Origin: Azolla caroliniana
Taxonomy: Eukaryota; Plantae; Polypodiophyta
Assembly: GCA_043228905.1 (NCBI GenBank)
Contig: JBHGNT010000020.1
Coordinates: 13,144,001-13,208,000, forward strand
Length of the DNA: 64,000 nt
Direction of reading: 5' to 3'
Below are positions 52,563-64,000 of the stretch, piece after piece; the first letter of the stretch is position 1; each line of letters opens with the position of its first letter. The notes beneath the pieces are model-generated. The model made no database searches. It worked only from the letters and a program-made list of their open reading frames with translations, and was not told the DNA's origin. Position numbers and translations under genes: made by a program.

Positions 52563-52780
52563 ACAAATCCTATTAAGTTATTATAAGTTGTCCTCTTTTA
52601 AGTTTCCTTTATACATGTTGGCATTACACTTACTCATTTACATTATAGTTTCTTCTTCATGTATTGATCAATTTAATTCTTCAATCATCCACGAAGCGAT
52701 GATTTATTTATTATGTACATATGCAAGAACATAAATTACTATCCAAAATCCCCCTTTCCCATCTTGATAAGCATGAGTTT

Positions 52781-53690
52781 TAGTGATTGAAAAGGTAAAC
52801 CAAACCGTTTAGGGAAAAAATTGGAACCAAACTGAACCATTTAATAAACAAATTGAACCTAATTATTTAAGTCAAACTAATTAAAAATCTAAATAAACAA
52901 AAATATATTAAATTAAATAAACTTTTTGATTAAAATTATTAAAACAATATAACGAACATTAATTAAACCATTAAATTAAATAAAAATTTAAGTTAAATTA
53001 ATTAAATCAATAAAAAAACCATTTAATTAATAAACCATTAAGGGGGGGAAAAAAGTTAACCAAAATCCAATCAATCTTTAAACCGAACCATACGTACCAT
53101 ACGTGCAAACATCCGAGAATGGTAAACACCCTCGACGTATGGTAAATACCATACTTTTGTATTTGTTATATATTATGGGATAAAAAAAAAATTTATGGTG
53201 AGAAATTTAAGGTAAAAAGTGTAAACAAAAAAACATGAGAATGTTTTGCTAACATACACATTCTTTTGCATTCGTATGAACAAAGAATGTCTTTTTTTTT
53301 TCCAAAAAAATTCTACTTCCATTAGTTAAGAAAAAGTACATAGAATAATATACAACTCATATGTTACAAGCCACTTTGGAATGGCTACAAGAAAACATCA
53401 TGTATAAATGAAGCAACAACGCCTCGTCACATAAATTACTCGACAGACTCCCATCAACATGAGCCTCACACAACCCACAACCCACCTGGAAAAAGAATGT
53501 TTTGCCAATGCATTTCAAGTATATGATGTGCTATGAACCGAACCATTTAACCTATAAACCGATAATGCCAAGTTTTGGAACCGAACCGAACCATTTATTA
53601 AAAATACAAACCATTAAATTTTTTGGAACCAAAATAAAATAGAGTGTTCAACCATGGCTTAATGGTTCGGTTCGGTTCGGTTTGAGCCGA
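52781..53690. mobile_element. Composite AACCG-rich MITE remnant(s) between DUF247 and PPR genes
   Basis: AAACC/AACCG arrays, an extremely AT-rich core at 52860-53040 and an inverted GGTTC array at 53662-53690; matching TIRs not resolved. Confidence 0.55.
53089..53535. mobile_element. hAT-type MITE related to family B (447 bp), nested
   Basis: Perfect 8-bp TSD AACCGAAC at 53081-53088 and 53536-53543; left end CATACGTACCATACGTGCA plus AAACACCCTC and ATACCATACTTTTG shared with family B; right end GTGCTATG. Confidence 0.8.
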
Positions 53691-53786
53691 AGCAGGGGCC
53701 CATAGAGCTCCTTTAAATAACTCATTTGGATCATGTTTAGAAAAAGAGATAGGACATTATAGAAAAGATTTTATTATACCTTTCCC

Positions 53787-55316
53787 TTGCCTTCAAAATT
53801 AGCATTTGGCCAGTCTTTTGGGGAGCCATTAGATAATCAAGAAGGAACAGATGATGCCAATGGCGATGGCGATGGCGATGGCGATGGCGATGATGATGAT
53901 TGGCTCGCAGAAACTTGCCACAAAAGGACCGACCATTATCACATGAAGAAGCCTCATCATGGTAACCCTGCTCTTCTAGCTTTGCTTAAGTCTTGTGGAA
54001 AGAAAAAAGATCTAGTTAAGATTGATAGGATTCGAGCAGATCTTCTCCATAAGGGCTTGATCGAGAAAGACATATACATAGCCAACACTCTGATTAGTCT
54101 TTATGGGAAATGTGGTGAACTCAGAAAAGCAAAAGAAGTTTTCGATCGAATTCCAGCCCGAGATGTGGTCTCGTGGACTGCTCTTATCGCAGGATATGCT
54201 CAAAACGAATGCGATGAAGATGCATTAGAATGTTATAGGAGTATGAGAGCAGAAGGTCTCTCTCCGAATGTGGTGACTTTCGTTTGTACATTAAAATCTT
54301 GTGGTAGAATAAGGGCGATCGATAAAGGCCAAGAAATTCATCTTGAGGCCGAACGAGAAGGTTTTGTTGAGAACAATGTCTCACTTGGGACTGCATTGGT
54401 CGATATGTATGCTAGATGTGGTGCTATTTTGAAGGCACAAGAAGTGTTCGATGTGCTTCCAATTAGAAATGTGGTCTCGTGGACAGTTCTTATTGCAGGA
54501 TACATCCAGTGCCAGAATGGAGAGGAAGCATTGAAATGTTTCGAAAGGATGAAATATGAGGGTCTCTCTCCAGATGCAGTTACTTTTCTGTCACTCTTGA
54601 AAGCATGTGGCACCATCGGCGCCGTTGATAAAGGTGAAGAAATACATGCCATGATTGTTAGAAATGGTTTGTCGCTTCATAAGAATGCGTTAATCGGCAC
54701 TGCTTTGGTGGATATGTATGCAAAATGTGGAGCACTTGTGAAAGCTCAAGGAGTGTTTGATCGGATTAAAATCCGGAATATAGTCGCTTGGAATGCGCTA
54801 ATTGCAGGATATGCTCAAGTAGGGAAAGATAACTCTGTCATTGACCTATTCAACAGAATGAGGGAAGATGGCATCAAACCTGACCTAGTTACATTCACAG
54901 TAGTTCTTAATGCATGTAGTCATTCGGGTCTAGTAGAGCAAGGGCAAATTTACTTTGACACAATGAGCTCATGTTATGGTATTGTTCCCACACTAGAGCA
55001 TCGAACATGCATGGTTGATCTATTTGGCAGAGCTGGCCATTTTGATAGAGTAGTTTCAATGATCAAGAAGATGCCATCCTCAGATTACCTTCCAATATGG
55101 GCATCTCTATTGGGTTCCTGTCGAACATGGGGAAATGTAAAGCTTGGGAAACTAGCATTTGAACATGCTATACGATTAGACCCTAAACATGCACCAGCTT
55201 ATGTGTCGATGAGAAATATCTACGCTGCTGCTGGCATGCAAGAAGAGGCGGATATGATCGATGATTTGAGGTTACGAAATGAAGCATGGCTTATTCCAAT
55301 GGTGGATTCACATTAA
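53787..55316 (+). CDS. PLS-class PPR protein with E domain, no DYW; start uncertain (first ATG at 53943)
   Basis: Open frame with PLS repeats (LISLYGKCG, DVVSWTALIAGY, LVDMYAKCG) and E1/E2 end (WASLLGSCRTWGNVKLG...YVSMRNIYAAAG). The ORF-track start is TTG; (GATGGC)n repeat at ~53860-53900. Confidence 0.93.
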   Translation: MPSKLAFGQSFGEPLDNQEGTDDANGDGDGDGDGDDDDWLAETCHKRTDHYHMKKPHHGNPALLALLKSCGKKKDLVKIDRIRADLLHKGLIEKDIYIANTLISLYGKCGELRKAKEVFDRIPARDVVSWTALIAGYAQNECDEDALECYRSMRAEGLSPNVVTFVCTLKSCGRIRAIDKGQEIHLEAEREGFVENNVSLGTALVDMYARCGAILKAQEVFDVLPIRNVVSWTVLIAGYIQCQNGEEALKCFERMKYEGLSPDAVTFLSLLKACGTIGAVDKGEEIHAMIVRNGLSLHKNALIGTALVDMYAKCGALVKAQGVFDRIKIRNIVAWNALIAGYAQVGKDNSVIDLFNRMREDGIKPDLVTFTVVLNACSHSGLVEQGQIYFDTMSSCYGIVPTLEHRTCMVDLFGRAGHFDRVVSMIKKMPSSDYLPIWASLLGSCRTWGNVKLGKLAFEHAIRLDPKHAPAYVSMRNIYAAAGMQEEADMIDDLRLRNEAWLIPMVDSH

Positions 55317-56099
55317 TAATGAATGTTCATTATTTTTCCAGATATATCATTTCCTGAAATCCAAGATGTTGTCACATCACGTAGAGAGACACAAGAACAA
55401 TATTGGGATACCCAATGATAGAGCCTCTTTAGATGGTATTTCTTATAGAATATTCTATACCACATTGTTGCTGTCATAATGAGAGGTGGCCCCATCACAT
55501 TTGTTTTGATCGATACACCTGAGGGACACATATTTATGTTGTCAAGAACACACGGGCTTGTCTTGATTGGCATTTGGCTCCTTTGCTTGCATCAAAACCA
55601 TACTTGCCATCCAAGATGCTAGGCATTTCCATGGTTGGAAATTTCCAACCATGATTAATTGATCACGCATATAATAATGGGGTGTGCATTATAACCCTAC
55701 ATGTGACTCAATTTGATGAAGCCAAAGATATACTCCTATGAAGCATAATCCCAAATATTGATATAATTCCAATTTCCTTCTCTTTGTAATTTCACCACCA
55801 TACCTTGCTAGAGCTGACATGGTTCTAGGAACAACTCTTCAAAAAGTTGTGACCTTAAGGTGCCTAGTGTTGGCTCATGCAAAAGCAATGAAACAATGTA
55901 TAAGATTGTGGTTGGTTTGCAAAACACACATTCTTCGTGTTGCCATTTTCGTTATGTCAATATTGCATGTAAGATCAAATTGCAAAATTGAGTTGAAGTT
56001 GTCAAGATGATATAAACAAGTAATGCAAAATTGTAGCTTACAGCCATTTTTTTCCGTAACACTTTTATTACTAGTGGGAAACCTCAAAGTGAGGTGAAA

Positions 56100-58560
56100 A
56101 CCCACAAAGAATAAATATATATATATATACAAGTGTCGATTAGACACTAAAGAACTTAAAAGCACTCAAAGTAAAGATTGTAAATTTGCAGTGTGATGTC
56201 TCTAAGTTGCAAACAATCAAATGGAGATTACCTGAGAGATTGCTTAAAGGCGCTAACTTCATGTAGTTGGATTCAAGCACATACCTTATTATTGCGGGTT
56301 GTCCAAATGGTCCAAAATGCCCAAAATTGTGTCCATGGGAGAAAATAGGTATTGTTGGATAGGGCGCACGGAATTTGGCCAAATAGCCAAAAGTGTTTCC
56401 CAAACCTTCGGCTAGGAAATCTGTGCGATAAAGAGACGCACTTAGTCTTTGTACAAATGTTGTAGTGAATGAGCAAGTCCATAATAAGTGTGGGACTGTT
56501 TCCAATCGTCCACCACATCTTGCACAATGCGGTAAGGCTATCGATCTCTTTTGAATATTTGACCCAGTTGGGAGCACACCCAATAGACATCTCCATAGGA
56601 ATACATGTTGCTTAACTGGAAGACCAGAGCTCCATAAGCTTGTAAGCATGTTTTCCCACCAAGATTGTGTTTTGTGTACGTTACATAATGCATTTGCATG
56701 TTTGTGAAACTATGGGACAGGTTGCAACAATATATACACTAAATGTGTTGTAATGACAATATTCCCTTTTTGAAACATCCAATCCTAAATCTTGCGATCT
56801 CCATCTAGAGGTGGCACAGGTACTAAGGAAAGTACCAACTCTATGACTTGATTCCAGATAACACGATAATGTGGCCCAAGACTATAACAACATGTCATGG
56901 CATTGAAGTGCAATAAGTGACCTTGGTCATTTACCACATCTGCAATTTATTTCAACCCCTTCTTTGCTAAAAAGTTAGCTTTCCTAAGCCCTTGTTTAGC
57001 TAGTGACCGAGGGAATATAGCACTCCAATGTAAGCTTTCGAGGTATAAAAAGTTCCGTGATTCTGAATTCCTACCTCTCCATTTTATGTGGTGCAATGCT
57101 TCCTTCAAGTGCTTCAAAAGCTTTGAGCTAAACGAACAGTCTTTGATGTGCCCGTCAAGCTTTCCAAACACTACATCCCAATGGTTAGTATCCCATGAGC
57201 CAAATGACTTGGTTTTCAAATTATCAAACATATCAGATAGCATTATTGCCCAAGGCAATGTTTTTTCAACAAATTTTTGTAGTTAAGTAGCTTTTCTAGC
57301 CAACATATGCAACTGCAAATTAAGAATATTTAGCCCTCCACTCAATCGTGGAGTGCATATCTTCTCTAGTCATATGAGTCGTACCTCTATGTGACTGCTT
57401 AGAGCACCAAAAGTTGCTTATGATTTCTAAGTTAATCTTTTGTAGCATGTGTTTCGGGCAATCAATCATAATTGAGTAATATTGCATGTAAGCCATTAAT
57501 ATAGATTGCACTATCCTCAATCTGACATTGAGCGACCATGTTGCAATCTTCTAATAGCTCAGCTTTTGTCTCACTTTTTGCAGAACCCATGCAGCCTTTC
57601 TTTTCCGTGTTGCATTCCATCCCAATGGGTAGCCAAGATGTCTAACCATTTCATTTGGGCTAACAACTTGACCTGGCCACAAAAGTTGATGCCAACTATA
57701 TGGTGTCAAGGGTAGGAGTTTGGACTTGTTGAAGTTAACATGCAATCCAACATGTAATCCATACAATTTATGCCATTGCATGCATATCAAAGAAACGAGA
57801 ATGCAACAAAATAATCAATGCAACGAGGAACACCTTTTTATACTTCCAAAGCATGTGCATATTGTTTAATAAGTTAAAATGATTCTTCTTGTACGTCCAC
57901 ATTATTGTGGTCTTATAATGGTTTAAAATTCAGTGTGCAAACCTCCCTCGATAATAAGGATGGATTAACAGACAATCAAAGATTCCACCTATGAAATTTG
58001 TGGATTGACGGAGCATAAGTTCTACTCTCTATCTTACTCCATCTTGGTCTGTTATATCTAACTAAGTTTCGATTTGTTTCAATTGACATCCATCCCGCCT
58101 CATGTGAATATCATTATTGGTCTAAAGGTAAGTTGAATGTTGACAAAGAGTTTAAATCAATTAAATGGCCATGGGATACCTCCAGTACCTTTATTGTGTC
58201 CAGCAATGGCATGCTCACTAATGTTTATTGAGAAAAACCAATTTAGGTGTTTCCTAAGGGTCTATAAATTTGTTATTGAACTGATAAAAAAAACATGCCT
58301 ACATGCTTGCTACATGGGTCATGAGTGGAACTAAGCTTCCGTTTGGGTATGCATTCTTGGATTGTTGTTAATACTCAGCTCCCATCGCAAGTGCTACCTC
58401 TACTTTCTTGACCCTAGAAGCAATAGTCTTATTATCTTATTAGGAGTTCATCCTAGGCAAACCCTTCGTGCATTACCAACCTGAGTTGAAACTAATAGAT
58501 TTTCATGACATACTACAAATCAACAAGCTTACCAGCCTGGGGACCAAGTTGCGCACACAA
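56100..58560 (-). mobile_element. Degenerate L1-like LINE (RT C-terminal part and zf-RVT)
   Basis: Fragments GLHVNFNKSKLL...RHLGYPLG (57551-57790) and LPVKQHVFLWRCLLGVLPT...CARCG..LETVPHLLWTC (56140-56649); frameshifted; extent beyond ~57800 uncertain. Confidence 0.8.
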
Positions 58561-58800
58561 TTTGGCCATCAGATGGAAAACTCACAAGTATATTTTATTA
58601 TTTTGTACTAGAGATATGCAATATGATGCAAATGTACAAACAAACTTATATCCAAGCTAAAAGAAAATGCAATAACAACCACCAATACATGTAGTTGAGA
58701 TAGATGAGGTTCTTGGGTGCATAGAATATCAATTGTGTTCATCAACTATCTCCACAATAGCTTCCCACAAAGGTGCATTACATACATGCATTGTCATGAC

Positions 58801-59002
58801 TCATCACCAATAACTACATATCATGTGTTCACCCAAAAAAAATAGGAATTCCAATTTGAAATGGGTTCCCCCAATGCCTTATCATCACCAATAAATACAT
58901 ACCATCAGTTCACCCAACCAAAAATACAAATCCCAATTTGAAATGGGTTCCCCCAACCACCCCCTTGTGTGTGTGTGTGTGTGTGTGTGGGAGAGAGAGA
59001 GA
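58801..59002. repeat. ~81-bp tandem duplication followed by (GT)n(GA)n microsatellite
   Basis: TCATCACCAATAA...CCAATTTGAAATGGGTTCCCCCAA at 58801-58874 and 58882-58956; GT/GA run 58966-59002. Confidence 0.85.
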
Positions 59003-59673
59003 GAACCACTATGCTTTTAAAATCCACATATACATATATCCCATTGTAGGAATAAGAGGATAATTGTGACAAGATCAAATACTTATAAAACCAAGTTGCA
59101 AGCAACTAGATTCCAGTAATATATCAAAATGAATACCTTCAAACAGCATGAATTGATGGGCCCTCACTACAGAGAAAGCGGTATCATCATCTACAACTAT
59201 ATACAAATAGCTCTTGATCAATCATAAACTCCATCAAAGTTATTTCTTCTTTGGGCATATATCACATACACAAGACTGGAGCTGTCGTTATCTTTAACTA
59301 TATATATATACAAGGTACTTGATCAATCATAAAATCCATTAGTTAATGTCTTCTTCTAATTTGTTAAGAAGTTACCATTCAGATATTTACATAGCACTAA
59401 AACGTTGTTCTTATGCATTTGCAAATATATTTGACAAAACACCTCTGGACTGAACAAGAAAATGAGAAGACATAAAGACCTTGATCATGCCAAAATATTG
59501 ATGTAGAGAGCAACAAAGGAGCTTGAAATAACATTTCAACTTCATAATAATGGACAATAATATATACATGAACAGTTACCTCATCTACTAACATATAACC
59601 TCTGGATGAGCCAATGAACCAATCAATATTTTGTTTCTTTTTTAATCAAAATTTTTTTGAGTTAGTAGATTGT

Positions 59674-62600
59674 TCAAGGCAGCCTGCCCTCAGATTCAGT
59701 AGATGCAGAACTAGGGAGATCATATGAGTGATTAGTACCTACGGAGACAAGTTTTAAATCAGGAATACCAATCTCACCATAATCTATGTGGCTTCCTTCA
59801 AGTTTAGTCCCACCCACCGAGCTATTAGAGTCCATTGATTCATTGAGGATCATCGGATTCATCACCATCATGGCCGAAGACAGCATGCTTCCCCCAAGGA
59901 TAGCATTCGGATTTCCATAGCCCTTCTCTGATACATCCGTTTTGTAAAGTCCACTATCACCCACACTGTAGTGAATCCTCTTTTCCATCTTCACGTGACC
60001 ACCATGGAAGGATTGCAATCTCGGATAAGATGATTGCCTATCACTATCATCAGCACTTTCACCCCCTGAGGCTTCATATCCATCACTAGTACATCTTCTG
60101 AACCAAGCACCAGTTCCCACGCCATTTTCATTGTAACAGGGGACCTCCCGAGTTGTCTTTGAGTCATCACATGACAGCCTTATATCTGGAGACTCTGAAC
60201 TACTCCTTGAAGATGAGCTACTTTGCGAGACCATATTGCTATTTCCACAAAAAGCATTGCGAGCTTCTAATTGCAAAGGAACCAATGATGCTGAAACTCG
60301 AGAAGGAGAGACTTGAGTTTGCACTAACCGTTTATTTCCATGTGAGGGCATTGTAAGTGGCATCAATGGAGCCTTACATTTGACTGGCCATGGAAACCCA
60401 TCGTGGGCCTTGGGTGGGGACACAACACATGATGTAGTTCTGATGCTAGGAGATCCTCTCGTAACTTCATTGCTTGTATAATCATCACTGCTATCTGTCT
60501 CAACAATAGCACAACGTTCTGCCCTCCTCGGAATAGGTCTCAGCACAGATGAATTCTTCCTAGCTTCAGCGACAGCTCGAAAAGCATCTTCAGGGTTCAA
60601 TCGGGCTAAAGCCCATGGGCTTATCTTCGCAGGAAACTTCTTCACTTTGTTATCTAAGTGTGGCTTCTTAAAAGTAGATTCAGAATTTATGCTTTTAATC
60701 CGTTCCAATTCGATGGGAGCTTGCTGTACATAAGAGAAGAACTTTGTCAAATTCTGAACATACAACTTTTGACTTTCGAAGGATAGAAAAGTTTTCGCTC
60801 AGAATTCCACGCTTAAATACTTTCAATCAGATTCCAGACTTACACACAAGATAAGTAGTAACGTCACTGAAATAGCCCACATAGAGATCTTCACTCAAAT
60901 TCCAAGCTAGAAGTTTTTATTGAATTTCCCAGTTGAAACATATAATGAGGGTAATGGTCATTTTCATAACAAAATGAGTTAGAGTATGTATGTTTACCTC
61001 ATGATCCACAAAGAGTCGAGGGGGAGTACACCAAGGAGCAGGGTGAAGTGTTCCCATTGAACTAGCACCGCTCATGGCTGTAGCAACAGAGCTTGCTGGC
61101 GATGCATATGGACTATGCAACCTCTCACCAGCCCCATTTAGTTGATCGCGTTCTCGCATGGCTAGTATATAGTCATATGTACTGATTCCCTTCATTTTTA
61201 TGTGGTATTGAGCTGTCTTAATATGAAAGCCTCGATAAAAGCAATATGAGAGAAGACCAAATAATTGCATGCATTACCTTTTGTATAAGAAGGGCATGGA
61301 ATAAACAGAGCTGACCCAATGGAAGAGTTGCAAAGGCAGCAAGAACAGTACACACCGCCTACAAGGAAAAGAAAAATTTCAGAGTGGAATAATTCAAAGT
61401 AGAGAAAAGAGAATATTGTATGGCTACTTCAGAAAATACAGGAATACAAAGCTATGTATGAACACATATTTATGCTTCAGGGATATGCTCCAAAATACAA
61501 AGCTATGTGCAATCATTAGAGGACACCACACTCAAATAGAAACATCAAAGAAACATACCACTACACAAAGAAAAGGAGCCACAGAGAAGCTGCTGCCAAG
61601 CTTTGACGATATATCCTCTTCAAATTGTCTCCGATCCAAGAAGCATCGCGCAATCACCCATACACCAACCGCCCACTGCACAATAAGCTGCCATAGCAAG
61701 CCCAGAATGTAAAACCCATGATGGATACCTGTCAATAATACAACAGAAATATCTTTATGTGCCTTCGAGGTTGACACACTTTCGCATCTACGGTTTTCTC
61801 ATGATACATAGCACAATGCTATGCCTATCTCTACATCTTTGACTGTGTCTGCATCTGTGTGTAGGTCTTCTTCTAGGAGTAGGTCTATCTATTCTCCATC
61901 TACGCGTTCGCCTCTACATGTATGTTCATAGCTACCACTGTGTATGTTAACACGGTCCCAGCATGACCAAGAGGGGAAGGGGGGAGAACTCACCATGCAT
62001 AATCCTGATATCATCAACGAAATGAATATCCTGTAGTTCCTTTTGCCAATGCAATTATTGAGCCACTATACAGAATCAAGTAAATGTAGTTAGTTGATGC
62101 ACAGTGATACAGGCATATTAACACGTAGAGAAGCACATACCCTGCAATGATGATCGAAACAATCGACACATTTGTCACAAACCCTGCAATGTTTGCTACG
62201 CTTGTGGATCTGAATTACAAGAAAAAATAAACACCCATAAATAGGATCATCATTATGAAAACAAATACCACAAAGAAACAATTTCCAGTAACACTAGGAT
62301 ATACCTCCACTTCACACAAGCTACAATATAGCATGTCTTCTTCGCAATGAGCATGCTCAGACTACACGTAAAACAAAGAGAAGAGAACCCACATCAAAGG
62401 AACGTAAGTATAGCCATAAGAATCAAACCAGTATTCAAGAAACGCATTTCAAACAAATCTAAAACTGTTGTGCTCAAATCAGACTATATACCAATTAAAA
62501 GAATCAAGCAAGGATTAGCAGGTCCAACAAGCATTTTTTCTAATTTCTCCAAATTGTATTGTAAGGAACAAAAACTAACCTTAGAATGAGTCGAAGAAGG

Positions 62601-63945
62601 TTGTGTTGGTTCAGTGCTAGTTCTATCCTTTTCACCAGTGAAGCAAACTGATGGGGAAGTCGTTTTTGAAGCAGAAGACGCAAGATTCCTCTTCATTCTT
62701 AAGATTGCAGGGTCTGAAGGATCACAAGATGCACACCATATGTAGAGAATAAAGACAGACGCTATCTGCCAACCAATAGATAGTGACAAAATCTCCATTA
62801 GCCCCTAATTCTATTTCCATATGGATGTAAAACATTGTAAGCAGGGAATGCACGAAGGTACAACAACATGCATATTGTGTCAAAGAAGATACTATTACAC
62901 TAGATGGATGGCAGAGTGAGAACCTATACAATGGCATATACAAACATATATGTGTATCAGAGTGTATGAGTGTGTATGATTGGAGGTCTTGTGGGGAAGT
63001 AAAGGATAACTCAGAGTGTGCGGAAGACTGTTCCCTACTATCAAGGATTGATCTTATAGTGTTTCATACATTGAACCATAGCTCATCAGACCAAGACTCA
63101 ATTTTCATGTGCTTTGGATTTAAATGGAACTTGCGTTCAACTAATTCAATTTGTTCTTGTTACGGTTTCCTAGAATGAGCAAGATTCATTTAGTACCTCC
63201 ATTAATTTGAGTTTGTGGTGTATAAATCTCGTTTCATCAGACTTGCTCTAGTTCGGGTTTGATGGAATTGACCACAACAAGTTAGCATTTATCAATGGGA
63301 TCAACTCGAACTTATCCTAGCTAGAATATTAATAATCAGTTAGGGTCGATGAAATGTGATCAACCAATCTTGGTCTAGCTATAGATGAATGAGGAACATT
63401 TTACTGAAGCTAGCTAGTTCTGTGTAAATTAAGGTTTCATAGAAAAAGTATTTCTTACAAGAGGTAAAGTTTGTTTCGAAAAACCAAGAGTTCTTTCATG
63501 TTATGGGTTTCTTGATTGGATGAGTTAAGACTTGGTTGTAGGATTGTGAAAGACTGGGCATCAGCTCATTCACAACTGGATAGACCTGTATAAATTAGGG
63601 TTTCGGAGATAGAGAAGATTCCTTACCGTGAGAGTTAGGGTTGGATTGGAGGAACCACTAACGCTTTCCAGATAAGGTTTCATGATGGATTGAATCAAAC
63701 ATACTCTAATTAGGGTTTCGCGTAAATGAAAACCGGTTATTTAGCTTATCCTGGCTATGTTTTTGTGAGTCTACCTGTCATTACCGTGTAAATTTAGGGT
63801 TTCAGAGAGAGAGAGAGAGAAGATTTCTTACCAGAGGAGCATAGACTGAGCTAACGACGATCTCCATGACATGGCTTCCCACGAAAGGAAGGAAGAAAAC
63901 AAAGAAAGCGAAGCCGAGGGCCAAGAAGACAGCGATGGCGACCAC
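59674..63945 (-). CDS. PAT22: DHHC protein S-acyltransferase, PAT22-like; first coding exon lies beyond the window end
   Basis: Exons (-): 63945-63832, 62765-62580, 62361-62305, 62209-62141, 62065-61994, 61687-61559, 61358-61278, 61189-60998, 60723-59674; all phase 0, GT-AG. Motifs [85 protein letters not shown]. Confidence 0.94.
63595..63802 (-). promoter_or_regulatory. Cluster of telo-box motifs (AAACCCTAA) in an early intron of the PAT gene
   Basis: TTAGGGTTT at ~63595-63603, ~63710-63718 and ~63795-63802, plus TTAGGGTT at ~63635. Confidence 0.5.
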
Positions 63946-64000
63946 CTACGAGCACAGAAGAAAGGGATCAGGATATAAAGAGAAAGAAAAACAAATGAAT

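Overview
Eukaryotic land-plant nuclear DNA: AT-rich, with GT-AG spliced genes separated by TE debris. The style of the PLS-class PPR genes suggests a fern or other seed-free plant (inference only). Seven protein-coding genes are supported: BCAS3-type ATG18 (+, 9 coding exons), PH-domain oxysterol-binding ORP (-, 10 exons, tail-to-tail with ATG18), two PLS-E PPR genes, a small 4-exon 'RPL18a-like' membrane-protein gene mostly absent from the ORF track, an intronless DUF247 gene, and a PAT22-like DHHC S-acyltransferase running off the right edge. There is also a decayed PPR pseudogene. Mobile DNA includes a 1.58-kb short-LTR Ty3/gypsy derivative (PBS, protease, integrase and PPT but no RT), five hAT-type MITEs with readable 8-bp TSDs (several in promoters), a 5'-truncated LINE with a 15-bp TSD, older LINE remnants and a tRNA-derived SINE-like head. 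I see no convincing wholly new multi-gene system. The best leads are the minimal LTR element, duplicated 5' splice sites in three genes, promoter-proximal MITEs and the PPR/DUF247 block. Exon coordinates were read by eye and need RNA-seq confirmation.
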